From the NCBI GenBank assembly GCA_030390025.1, contig JASTWF010000035.1:3720001-3784000 (forward strand): a DNA stretch of 64,000 nt, read 5' to 3'. The DNA comes from Squalus acanthias (lineage: Eukaryota). Position 1 is the first letter of the stretch. Every line of letters starts with the position of its first letter. Shown here piece by piece: positions 23,299 to 35,926 of this stretch. Under the pieces are notes generated by a model. It was not told the DNA's origin. It ran no database searches and saw nothing but the letters and a program-made list of their open reading frames with translations. The translations under genes were made by a program, and so were the position numbers.

Positions 23299-25740
23299 TA
23301 GAAACATAGAAGATAGGAGCAGGAGTAGGCCATTCGGCCCCTCGAGCCTGCTCCGCCATTCGATGAGATCATGGCTGATCATCTAAACTCAGTACCCTGT
23401 ACCTGCCTTCTCCCCATATCCCTTGATACCTTTAGCTTTAAGAAATATATCTAACTCATCCTTGAATATATTTAATGACTTCGCCTCAACTACCTTCTGT
23501 GGTAGAGAATTCCACAGGTTCACCACTCTCTGGGTGAAGAAATTCTTCCTCATTTCTGTCCTAAATGGTTTACCCGTTATCCGTAGATTATGACCCCTGG
23601 TTCTGGACCTTCCGACCATCGGGAACATTCTTCCTGCATCTAGTTTGTCCAGACCTGTCAGAATTTTATATGTTTCGATGAGATCCCCTCTCATTCTTCT
23701 ATACTCCAGTGAGTATAAGCCCAATCGACCCAATCTCTCCTCATATGTCATTCCTGCCATCCCAGGTATCAGCCTTGTGAATCTTCGCTGAACTCCTTCC
23801 ATGGCAAGAACATCCTTCCTCAGATAAGGCGACCAAAACTGCACACAGTACTCGAGGTGTGGTCTCACCAAGGCCCTGTACAACTGCAGCAGGACATCCC
23901 TGTTCCTATACTCAAACCCTTTCGCTATGAAGGCCAACATACCATTTGCCTTCTTCACCGCCTGCTGCACCTGCATGCTTACTTTCAGCGACTGGTGCAC
24001 AAGGACACCCAGGTCTCGTTGCACTTCCCCTTCTCCCAATCTATTGCCATTCAGATAATAGTCTGCCTTTCTGTTTTTGACACCAAAGTGGATAACCTCG
24101 CACTTATCCACGTTATATTGCATCTGCCATGCTTCTGCCCACTCACCCAACCTGTCCAGATCATCCTGGAGTTTCTCGCTATCCTCCTCGCTGCACACAC
24201 TCCCACCCAGCTTTGTGTCATCTGCAAACTTGGAGATATTACAATTAATTCCCTTATCTAGATCATTAATGTATATTGTGAATAGCTGGGGTCCAAGGAC
24301 CGATCCCTGCGGTACCCCACTAGTCACTGCTTGCCACTCGGAAAAAGACCCATTAATTCCTACTCTCTGCTTTCTGTCCGCCAACCAGTTCTCTATCCAA
24401 GGCAGTACCTTGCCCCCAATCCCATGTGCCTTAACTTTACCCGCTAATCTCTTATGCGGGACCTTATCGAAAGCCTTTTGAAAGTCCAAATACACCACAT
24501 CTACTGGTTCTCCCTTATCTATTTTCCCAGTTACATCCTCAAAAAATTCCAGTAGATTAGTCAAGCACGATTTACCTTTTGTAAATCCATGTTGACTTTG
24601 TCCGATCCTGTACTGTATTTCAAATGCTCAGCTATTACATCCTTTATAATGGACTCTAGCATTTTCCCCACTACCGATGTCAGGCTTACCGGTCTGTAAT
24701 TCCCCGCTTTCTCTCTACCACCCTTTTTGAATAGTGGGGTAACATTAGCTACCCTCCAATCCATGGGTACAGTTCCAGATTCCATCGAATGTTGGAAGAT
24801 GATCAGCAATGCATCTACTATTTCTAGGGCCACTTCCTTAAGTACCCTAGGATGTAGATTATCAGGCCCTGGGGATTTATCGGCCTTCAATACCGTCAAT
24901 TTCCCTAACACCATTTCCCTGCAAATACTGATTTCTTTCAGTTCCTCCCTTTCATCAGACCGTATGTTCTCCAACATCTCTGGGAGGTTATTTGTGTCCT
25001 CCTTTGTGAAGACAGAACCAAAATATGCATTTAATTGGTCTGCCATTTCTTTGTTCCCCATTATAACTTCCCCCGCTTCTGACTGCAAGGGACCTACACT
25101 TGATTTCACTAATCTTTTTCTCTTCACATATCTATAAAAGCTCTTACAGTCAGTTTTTATGTTCCCAGCAAGCTTACTTTCATATTCTATTTTCCCCTTC
25201 TTAATTAATCCCTTTGTCCTCCTTTGTTGAATCCTAAACTGCTCCCAATCCTCAGGGCTACCGCTTTTACTGGCCAATTTATATGCCCTCTCCTTGGATC
25301 TTATGCTATCCCTAATTTCCCTTGTTAGCCACGGTTGAGTCACCCTTTTTGTTTTATTCTTATGCCACACTGGGATGAACAAATTCTGTAGTTCATCCAT
25401 GCAGTCTTTGAATGTTTGCCATTGCCTATCCACCGTCAACCCCTTGAGTGACATTCCCCAATCAATCCTACCCAATTCGCGCCTCATACCATCGTAGTTT
25501 CCTTTATTTAAATTCAGGACCCTAGTCTCTGATTCAACTACTTCACTCTCCATCCTAATGAAGAATTCTATTATATTATGATCACTCTGACCCAAGGGGC
25601 CTCGTACAACAAGATTGCTAATTAATCCTTTCTCGTTGCATAATACCCAGTCTAAGATGGCCTGATCTCTGGTTGGTTCCTCGACATATTGTTCCAGAAA
25701 ACCATCTCGTAAACATTCTAGGAATTCCTCCTCCATAGTA
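23299..25740 (-). mobile_element. 5'-truncated CR1-A copy with nearly intact ORF2 (one frameshift near 24610)
   Basis: Two 391-aa ORFs; near-identical to 419-2850. Confidence 0.92.
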
Positions 25741-26912
25741 TTTAAGGAGATATTTCATAACTCTCAACAAAAATATATTCCAGTGAGAAGGAAAGACTTT
25801 AAGAGAAGGGAGAACCATCCGTGGCTAACTAAGGAAGTAAAGGATGGTATCAAATTGAAAACAAAGGCATACAATGTTACCAAGATTGGTGGGAGACCAG
25901 AAGATTGGGAAATTTTTAAAAACCAGCAAAGGATGACTAAAGAAATAATAAAGAGAGAGAAGATGGATTATGAGAGTAAACTAGCAAGAAATATAAAAGC
26001 AGATAGTAAGAGCTTCTAAAGGTATATAAAAAAGAAGAGAGTAGCTAAAGTAAACATTGGTCCCTTAGAGGATGAGACTGGGGAATTAATAATGGGGAAC
26101 AGGGAAATGGCAGAGACTTTGAACAAATATTTTGTATCTGTCTTCACGGTAGAAGACACTAAAACCATCCCAATAATATATAATCAAGGTGCTATAGGGA
26201 GGGGGAACTTAAAACAATCACTATCACTAAAGAAAAAGTACTCGGTAAAATAATGGGACTAACGGTGGACAAGTCCCCTGGACTTGATGGCCTGCATCCT
26301 AGGGTCTTAAAAAAAGTGGCTGCAGAGATAATGGATGCAATGGTTGCAATCTATCAAAATTCCCTGGATTCTGGAGAGGTCCCAGCGGATTGGAAAACCA
26401 CAAATGTAACGCCCCTATTTATGAAGGGAGGGATACAGAAAGCAGGAAATTATAGACCAGTTAGCCTAACATCTGTCATTGGGAAAATGCTGGAGTCCAT
26501 TATTAAGGAAGCAGTAGCAGGATATTTAGAAAATCATAATACAGTCAAGCAGAGTCAGCATGGCTTTATGAAAGGGAAATCATGTTTGACAAATTTGCTG
26601 GAGTTCTTTGAGGATGTAACGAGCAGGGTGGATAAAGGGGAACCAGTGGATGTGGTGTATTTGGATTTCCAGAAGGCATTCGATAAGGTGCCACATAAAA
26701 GGTTACTGCACAAGATAAGAGCTCACGGGGTTGGGGTAATATATTAGCATGGATAGAGGATTGGCTAACTAACAGAAAACAGAGAGTCGGGAACGTTAAC
26801 TAGTGGGGTGCCACAGGGATCAGTGCTGGGGCCTCAACTATTTACAATCTATATTAATGACTTGGATGAAGGGACTGAGTGTAATGTAGCCAAATTTGCT
26901 GCTGATACAAAG

Positions 26913-27442
26913 ATAGAAACATAGAAGATAGGAGCAGGAGTAGGCCATTCGGCCCCTCGAGCCTGCTCCGCCATTCGATGAGATCATGGCTGATCATCCA
27001 AACTCAGTACCCTGTACCTGCCTTCTCCCCATATCCATTGATACCTTTAGCTTTAAGAAATATATCTAACTCATTCTTGAATATATTTAATGACTTGGCC
27101 TCAACTACCTTCTGTGGTAGAGAATTCCACAGGTTCACCACTCTCTGGGTGAAGAAATTCTTCCTAATTTCTGTCCAAAATGGCTTACCCCTTATCCTTA
27201 GATTATGACCCCTGGTTCTGGACTCTCCGACCATCGGGAACATTCTTCCTGCATCTAGTTTGTCCAGACCTGTCAGAATTTTATATGTTTCGATGAGATC
27301 CCCTCTCATTCTTCTATACTCCAGCGAGTATAAGCCCAATCGACCCAATCTCTCCTCATATGTCATTCCTGCCATCCCAGGTATCAGCCTTGTGAATCTT
27401 CGCTGAACTCCTTCCGTGGCAAGAACATCCTTCCTCAAATAA
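26913..27442 (-). mobile_element. CR1-A 3' fragment
   Basis: Near-identical to ~419-935. Confidence 0.9.
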
Positions 27443-28339
27443 AGTGGGAAAGCAAGTTGTGAAGAGGACACAAAGAATCTGCAAAGGGATATAGACAGGC
27501 TAAGTGAGTGGGCAAACATTTGGCAGATGGAGTATAATGTGGGAAAGTGTGAGGTTTAGTAAGAAAAATGAAGCAAATTATTTAAATGGAGAGAGATTAT
27601 AAAATGCTGCAGTACAGAGGGACCTGGGAGTCCTTGTGCATGAAACACAAAAAGTTAGCATGCAGGTACAGCAAGTAATCAGGAAGGCAAATGGAATGTT
27701 GGCCTTTATTGCAAGGGGGTTGAAGTATAAAAGCAGGGAAGTCCTGCTACAACTGTACAGGGTATTGGTGAGACCACACCTGGAGTACTGCGTACAGTTT
27801 TGGTCTCCTTATTTAAGGAGGGATATACTTGCATTGGAGGGTGTTCAGAGAAGGTTCACGAGGTTGATTCCTGAGATGAAGGGGTTGACTATGAAGAAAG
27901 CTTGAGCAGGTTGTGACTATACTTATTGGAGTTTAGAAGAATGACAGGTGATCTTATTGAAACATATAAGATACTGAGGGGGCTCGACAAGGTAGATGCA
28001 GTGAAGATGTTTCCCTTCATGGGGGAATCTAGAACTAGGGGGCATAGTTTCAGAATAAGGGGGCACCCATTTAAAACTGAGATGAGGAGGAATTTCTTCT
28101 CTCATGGGTCGTAACTCTGTGGAACTCTCTGCCCCAGAGAGCTGTGGAGGCTGGATCATTGAATATATTTAAGGTGGAGATAGACAGATTTTTGAACAAT
28201 AAGGGAGTGAAGGGTTATGGGGAGCGGGCAGGGAAATGGAGCCGAGTCCAAGATCAGAGCAGCCATGATCTCATTAAATGGCGGAGCAGGCTCGAGGGTC
28301 CAAATGGCCTACTCCTGCTCCTATTTCTTATGTTCTTAT

Positions 28340-28595
28340 ACCATGCCATCCCGAACATGACCCATTTATTCCTACTCTCTGTTTTCTGTCCGTTAACCAA
28401 TCCTCAGTCCATGCTAATATATTACCCCCAATCCCATGAGCCCCAATCTTGTGTAACAACCTCTTTTGTGGCATCTTATCAAATGCTTTTTGAAAATCCA
28501 AATACTCTACATCTACTGGTTCCCCTTTATCGACCCTGCAAGTTACAACCTCAATAAACTCTAACAGATTTGTCAAACACGATTTCCCTTTCATA
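28340..28595 (-). mobile_element. CR1 RT fragment
   Basis: MKGKSCLTNLLEF...LDFQKAFDK. Confidence 0.75.
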
Positions 28596-28596
28596 T

Positions 28597-28690
28597 GGGA
28601 ACGGTAGTGTAGTGGTAATGTCACTGGGCTAGTAATCCAGAGGCCTGGACTAATGATCCAGAGACCTGAGTTCAAATCCCACCACGGCAG
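28597..28690 (+). promoter_or_regulatory. tRNA-like internal Pol III promoter (long variable arm, Leu/Ser type)
   Basis: A box TAGTGTAGTGG 28605-28615; anticodon-like stem ctggg/tccag; variable-arm hairpin ctgga/tccag; B box GTTCAAATCC 28670-28679. Confidence 0.75.
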
Positions 28691-29177
28691 CTGGGGAATT
28701 TAAATTCAGTTAATTAAATAAATCTGGAATAAAAAGCTAGTATCAGTAATGGTAACCATGAAACTATCGGATTGTCGTAAAAACCCATCTGGTTCATTAA
28801 TGTCCTTTAGGGAAGGAAATCTGCCGTCCTTACCTGGTCTGGCCTATATGTGACTCCAGACCCACAGCAATGTGGTTGACTCTTAACTGCCCTCTGAAAT
28901 GGCCGAGCAAGTCACTCAGTTGTAACTAACCGCTAGGAAACAAAATAATAAGAATGAAACCGGACGGGCCACTCTGCACCGGCTACAGACATGGCAACGG
29001 CACACCCAGCCCAGTCAACCCTGCAAAGTCCTCCTCACCAACATCTGGGGACTTGTGCCAAAATTGGGAGAGCTGTCCCACAGACGAGTCAAGCAACAGC
29101 CTGACATAGTCATACTCACAGAATCATACCTTTCAGCCAATGTCCTGAACTCCTCCATCACCATCCCTGGGTATGTC

Positions 29178-30010
29178 ATAGAAAGATAGGAGCAGGAGTA
29201 GGCCATTCGGCCCCTCGAGCCTGCTCCGCCATTCAATGCGATCATGGCTGATCATCCAAATTCAGTCCCTGCTTTCTCCCCATATCCCTTGATCCCTTTA
29301 GCCTTAAGAAATATATCTATCTCCTTCTTGAATATATTTAATGAATTGGCCTCAACTGCCTTCTGTGGTAGAGAATTCCACAGGTTCACCACTCTCTGGG
29401 TGAAGAAATTCCTCCTCATCTCAGTCCTAAATGGCTTACCCCTTATCCTTAGACTGTGACCCCTGGTTCTGGACTCCCCCGCCATCGGGAACATCCTTCC
29501 TGCGTCTAGTCCTGTTAGAATTTTATACGTTTCAATGAGAACCCCTCTCATTCTTCTAAACTCTAGCGAATACAAGCCCAATCGACCCAATCTCTCTTCA
29601 TACATCATTCCTGCCATCCCAGGTATCAGTCTGGTGATTGGTGGTATTGATTTGATTTAATTTAATTTAAATTAATTAAAGGGTAAGTCATGGCAGCACA
29701 GCTCGGCCCCGCGGTATGCTCCTCCTGAGCTATGTGGGAAATCAGGGACACTTCCTGTGTCCCTGACGACCATGTGTGCAGGAAGTGTATCCAGCTGCAG
29801 CTACTGGCAGACCGCATTGTGGCGCTGAAGCTGCGAATGGATGCATACTGGTGCATTCGCGATGCTGAGGACATCGTGGATATCGCGTTTAATGAGTTGG
29901 TCACACCGCAGGTAAAGGCTGCACAGGCAGGAAGGGAATGGGTGACCGCCAGGCAGAGTAGTAGGCACAGGCAGGTAGTGCAGGGGTCCCCTGTGGCCAT
30001 CCCCCTGTGA
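29178..30010. mobile_element. CR1 3' fragment (-, 29178-29637) abutting a CR1 5'UTR/ORF1 fragment (+, 29638-30010)
   Basis: ORFs 29252-29617 (-) and 29732-30010 (+, Zn-finger of ORF1). Confidence 0.8.
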
Positions 30011-30388
30011 CAGGTGGTGAGTGAACCAACAAGAGGGAAAAACCAACTTGACCTCGTCCTCACCAATCTACCTGTCGCAGATGCATCTGTCCATGACAGC
30101 ATTGGCAGCAGTGACCACCGCTCAGTCATTGTGGAGACGAAGTCCCGTCTTCACACTGAGCACACCCTCCATCGTGTTGTGTGGCACTACCACCGTGCTA
30201 AATGGGATAGATTCAGAACAGATCTAGCAGCTCAAAACTGGGCATCCATGAGGCGCTGTGGGCCATCAGCAGCAGCATAATTGTATTCCACCACAATCTG
30301 TAACCTCATGGCCCGGCATATCCCTCACTCTACCATTACCACCAAGCCAGGGGACCAACCCTGGTTCAACAACGAGTATTGAAGAGCT

Positions 30389-33300
30389 TAGGGTTATACA
30401 GCACAGAAAGAGGCCCATCGTGTCCGCGCCGGCCATCAAGCCCTGTCTATTCTAATCCCATTTTCCAGCACTTGGTCCGTAGCCTTGTATGCTATGACGT
30501 TTCAAGTGCTCACCTAAATGCTTCTTGAATGTTGCGATGGTTCCTGCCTCTACCACCCTTTCAGGCAGTGAATTCCAGATTCCAACCACCCTCTGGGTGA
30601 AAAAGTTTTTCCTCAAATCCCCTCTAAACCTCCTGCCCCTTACCTTGAAACTATGCCCCCTGGTTATTGACCCCTCTACTGAGGGGAAAAGTTCCTTTCT
30701 GTCTACCCTATCTATGCCCCTTATAATTTTGTACACCTCAATCAAGTTCCCTCTCAGCCTTCTCTGCTCTAAGGAAAACAACCCCAGCCTGTCCAGTCTC
30801 TCTTCATAGCTGAAGCGCTCCAGCCCAGGTAACATCCTGGTGAATCTTCTCTGCACCCCCTCCAATGCAATCACATCCCTCCTATAGTGTGGCGACCAGA
30901 ACTACACACAGTATTTCAGCTGTGGCCTAACTAGTGTTTTTTACAGCTCCATCATAACCTCCCGGCTCTATATTCTATGCCTCGGCTAATGAAGGCAAGT
31001 ATCCCATATGCCTTTTTAACCACCTTATCTACCTGTCCTGCTGTCTTCAGGGATCTATGTACATGCACACCAAGGTCCCTCTGATCCTCTGTTCTTCCTA
31101 GGGTCCTACCATTCATTGTGTATTCCCTTGCCTTGTTAGTCCTCCCAAAATGCATCACCTCACACTTTTTAGGGATAAATTCCATTTGCCACTGTTCTGC
31201 ACATCTGATCAACCCATCTATATCGTCCTGTAGCCTGAGGCTTCCCTCCTCGCTATTTACCACTCCACCAATTTTCGTGTCATCTGCGAACTTACTGATC
31301 ATACCTCCTACATTCATATCTAAATCATTAATGTACACTACAAACAGCAAAGGACCCAGCACCGATCCCTGCGGTACACCACTGGACACAGGCTTCCAGT
31401 CACAAAAACAACCTTCGACCATCACCCTCTGCCTCCTGCCACTAAGCCAATTTTGGATCCAATGTGCCAAATTGCCCTGGATCCCATGGGCTTTTACCTT
31501 CTTGACCAGTCTCCCATGTGGGACTTTGTCAAAAGCCTTACTGAAGTCCATGTAGACTACATCAACTGCACTACCCTCATCCACACACCTAGTCACCCCT
31601 TCGAAAAATTCAATCAAATTGGTTAAACATGATCTCCCCCTGACAAAGCCATGCTGACTATCCTTGATTAATCCTTGCCTCTCCAAGTGGAGACTAATTC
31701 TGTCCCTCAGAATTTTTTCCAATAATTTCCCTACCACTGATGTTAGGCTCACTGGCCTGTAATTCCCTGGTTTATCCCTACTACCCTTCTTGAATAATGG
31801 TACTACGTTAGCTGTCCTCCAGTCCTCTGAAGGCAACACGGTGGCATAGTGGTTAGCACTGGTGCCTCACAGCGCCAGAGACCCGGGTTCGAATCTGACC
31901 TCGGGTGACTGTCTGTGTGGAGTTTGCACATTCTCCCCGTGTCTGCGTGGGTTTCCTCCGGGTGCTCCGGTTTCCTCCCACAGTCCAAAAATGTGTGGGT
32001 TAGGTTGATTTGGCTATGATAAATTGACCCTTAGTGTTAGGGGGGATTAAATATGTGGGGTTATGGGGATAGGATGGGATATGTTAGGGGGAATTAAATA
32101 CGTGGGGTTACGGGGGTAGGGTGGGATATGTGTACTGTGGGGATTAAAGCAGGGACAGGGTACTGGATTTGGATGATCAGCCATGATCGTATTGAATGGC
32201 GGAGCAGGCTCGACGGGCCGAATGGCCTACTCCTGCTCCTAGATTCTATGTTTCTATGTTTCACCTCCCCTGTGGCCAGAGAGGTTCTGAAAATTTGTGT
32301 CAGAGCCCCTGCAATCTCCTCCCTTGCCTCACACAGCAGCCTGGGATACATCTCGTCACGGCCTGGGGATTTATCCACTTTTAAGCTCGCTAAAACCGCT
32401 AGTACCTCCTTCCTCTCAATACTAATTTGTTCAAGTATATCACAATCCCCCTGCCTGATTTCTATGCCTACATCGTCCTTCTCCATAGTGAACACAGATG
32501 CAAAATATTCATTTAAAACCTCACCTACATCTTCTGGCTCTACACACAGATTGCCACTTTGGTCCCTAATGGGCCCTATTCCTTCCCTGCTTATCCTCTT
32601 GCCCTTAATATACTTATAAAACACCTTGGGATTTTCCTTTATTTTGCCCGCCAGTGTTTTTTCATGCCCCCTCTTCGCTCTCCTAATTTCTTTTTTAAGT
32701 ACCCCCCCCCCCTGCACTTTCTATACTCCTCTAGGGCTTCCACTGTTTTTAGTCTTTTGTATCTGCCAAAAGCCTCCCTTTTTTTCCTAATCCATTCTCG
32801 TATATCCCTTGACATCCAGGGTTCCCTGGGCTTGTTGGTCCCACCCTTGACCTTTACGGGAACATGTTGCCGTTGTACTCTCTCTATTTTCTTTCTGAAA
32901 GACTCCCACTGCTCTGATGTGGATTTTCCTACAAGTAGCTGATCCCAGTCCACTTTGGCCAGATCCTGCCTTATTATATTAAAATCTGCCTTCCCCCAAT
33001 TTAGAACCTTTATTTCCGGTCCATCTTTGTCCTTTCCATGACTACCTTAAATCTCACCGAATTATGGTCACTGTCACCAAAATGCTCTCCTCCTAACACT
33101 TCTACCACTTGCCCGGCTACATTCCCTAGAATTAGGTCCAGTACCGCCCCCTTCTCTTGTTGGACTTTCTGCATGCTGGCTCAAAAAGCTCTCCTGGATG
33201 CACTTTAAGAATTCCGCACCCTCTAAGCCTTTCACACTCTGACTATCCCAGTTAATATTGGGGAAGTTGAAATCCCCTCCTCTTATTACCCTATTATTTC

Positions 33301-35056
33301 TAAACTTCTCTGAGATTTGCCTACATATCTGTTCCTCTTTATCCCCCTGACTGTTTGGGGGCCTATAGTACACTCCCAGCAAAGTGCTTGCCCCCTTTTT
33401 GTTTTTAAGTTCTACCCATATGGCCTCATTAGAGGAACCTGCTAAGATATCATCCCTCCTTACAGCAGTAATTGACTCCTTGATTAATATTGCGACACCC
33501 CCTCCTCTTTTACACCCCCCTCTGTCTCGCCTGAAGATTCTATACCCCGGAATATTGAGCTGCCAGTCCTGCCCCTCCCTCAACCATGTCTCTGTGATAG
33601 CAACAATATCATACTCCCATGTGTTCATCAACACCTTGAATTCATCTGCCTTACTCGCAAGACTCCTTGCATTAAAGTAAATGCCCTCCAGCCTTGCCAT
33701 ACTCCCTTGTGCCATTACATATTTGCTCTGCCTTCCAGGCTGACTTGTGTTTTCCTCTATATTTGGCTGTGCATCACCCCCTACTATAGCTCCACTCCAT
33801 ATCCCATCCCCCTGCCAAGTTAGTTTAAACCCCCCCCAACAGTACCAACAAACCTCCCCGCAAGGATGTTGGTCCCGTTCCGTTTCAGGTGCAACCCGTC
33901 CGACTTGTACAGGTCCCACCTTCCCCAGAAGCAGACCCAGTGATCCAGGAAACTAAAGCCCTCCCTCCTGCACCAACTCTTTAGCCACGCATTCATCTGC
34001 TCTATCCTCCTATTCCTATACTCACTCGCACGTGGCACCGGGAGTAATCCAGAGATTACAACCTTTGAGGTCCTGCTTTTTAATCTGCTACCTAGCTCCC
34101 TAAATTCTTGTTGCAGGACCTCATCCCTCTTTCTACCCATGTCGTTGGTACCAATGTGAACCACGACCTCTGACTATTCGCCCTCCCCCTTCAGAATGCC
34201 CTGCAGCCATTCAGTGACATTCTTGACCCTGGCACCAGGGAGGCAACATACCATCCTGGAGTCACGTCTGCGGCCACAGAAACGTCTATCTGTTCCCCTT
34301 TCGATAGAATCCCCTATCACTATTGTTCTCCCACTCTTTTTCCTCCCCTCCTGTGCAGCTGAGCCACTCGTAGTGCCACGGACTTGGCTCTTGCTGCATT
34401 CCCCTGAGAAACTATCTCCCCCAGCAGTATCCAAAACGGAAAATCTGTCAGAGAGGGAGATGGAGCCAGGGGACTCCTGCACTACCTTCCTAGTTCTTTT
34501 ACTCTGTCTGGTGGTCACCCATTCCCTGTCTGCCTGTGCACTCTTTACCTGCGGTGTGACCACCTCGTTAAACGTGCAATCCACGAAGATCTCAGCTTCG
34601 CGGATGCTCCACAGTGACTCCAGCCGCAGCTCTAGTTCCGAAACCCGGATTTCAAGTAGCTGCAGCTGGAGACACTTCCTGCACATGTGTTCGCCCTGGA
34701 CACCTAAAGTGTCCCTGACTTCCCACATAGCACAGGAGGAGCACTCCACGCAGCCGAGCTGCCCTGCCATGTCCTACCCTTAATTTACTCCCTTTACTTC
34801 CTTTAAATTAAAGAATATTAAATACACTAGGGACCTTACTTCCCTTTAAACACTACTTACTCTAAACTAGAGACCTTACTTTGACTTTTAACGACTGGAC
34901 TGTAGAAATACTCACCAGGTCCTACTTACCAATCAGCTCCTTCCCTGGTTGTGACGTCACTTTAGTGGTTTCGCAGTTGTGGTTGTTTTTACTGCTCCCG
35001 CTCTCGGACTCTTTCCTTGGTGTAAAGTAAGAACCAATTCATACAGGGTGAAAAGT
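30389..35056 (-). mobile_element. Full-length CR1 LINE 'C'
   Basis: ORF1 33820-34770 (one premature stop); ORF2 pieces 33074-33829, 32639-32953, 32262-32717, 30952-31829, 30452-30874; 5'UTR to ~35010-35056. Confidence 0.9.
31830..32261 (+). mobile_element. HE1-like V-SINE with CR1-derived tail
   Basis: A box tggcatagtgg, B box ggttcgaatct, V-domain tgtgtggagtttgcacattctccccgtgtctgcgtgggtttcctccggg, tail shared with CR1-A ending tttctatgtt. Confidence 0.88.
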
Positions 35057-35074
35057 ATGCCAGGAGCAGCACCA

Positions 35075-35926
35075 GGTGAATGGGCAAATGTATGGCAGAT
35101 GAAGTACAATGTGGATAAATGTGAGGTTATCCACTTTGGTGGTAAAAATAGGGAGGCAGACTATTACCTGAATGGTGGCAGATTAGGGAAAGGGGAGGTG
35201 CAACGAGACCTGGGCGTCATGGTACATCAGTCACTGAAGGTAGGAAGGCAAGTGCAGCAGGCAGTCAAGAAAGCAAATGGCATGATGGCCTTCATAGCAA
35301 GGGGATTTGAGTACAGGAGTAGGGAGGTGATGCTACAGTTGTACAGGGCCTTGGTGAGGCCACACCTGGAGTATTGTGTGCAGTTTTGGTCTCCTAACTT
35401 GAGGAAGGACATTCTTGCTATTGAGGGAGTGCAACGAAGGTTCACTAGATTGATTCCTGGGATGGCCAGACTGACATATCAAGAAAGACTGGATCAACTG
35501 AACTTGTATCCTCTGGAGTTCAGAAGAATGAGGGGGGATCTTATAGAGACGTTTAAAATCCTGACTGGTTTAGACAAATTAGATGCGGGCAGAATGTTTC
35601 CAATGTTAGGGAAAACTAAAACCAGGGGTCACAGTCTAAGGATAAAGGGGAAGCCATTCAAGACTGAGATGAGGAGGAACTTCTTCACCCAGAGAGTGGT
35701 GAATCTGTGGAATTCTCTACCACAGAAGGTTGTTGAGGCCAGTTCGCTAAATATATTCAGAAGGGAGTTAGATATAATACTCACAACTAGGGGGATCAAG
35801 GGGTATGGCGAGAAAGCAGGAATGGGGTACTGAGGTAGCATGTTCAGCCATGAACGCATTAAATGGCGGTGCAGGCTCGAAGGACCGAATGGTCTACTCC
35901 TGCACCTATTTTCTATGTTTCTATGT
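35075..35926 (+). mobile_element. 5'-truncated CR1
   Basis: Open ORF EWANVWQM...GMGY; tail ttctatgtttctatgt. Confidence 0.88.

Larger units (their letters stand above)
16903..28339 (+). mobile_element. Full-length CR1 LINE 'E' carrying several nested insertions
   Basis: Tandem 5'UTR, ORF1 ~17798-18744, ORF2 pieces 18745-19006, 20833-20858, 22607-23298, 25741-26912, 27443-28339 are collinear; tail tttcttatgttcttat. Confidence 0.85.

Noticed and set aside
28597..28690. tRNA genes (also ~9819 and ~31832)
   Set aside because: Degenerate cloverleafs continuing into SINE/LINE bodies without a T-run terminator; these are tRNA-derived heads.
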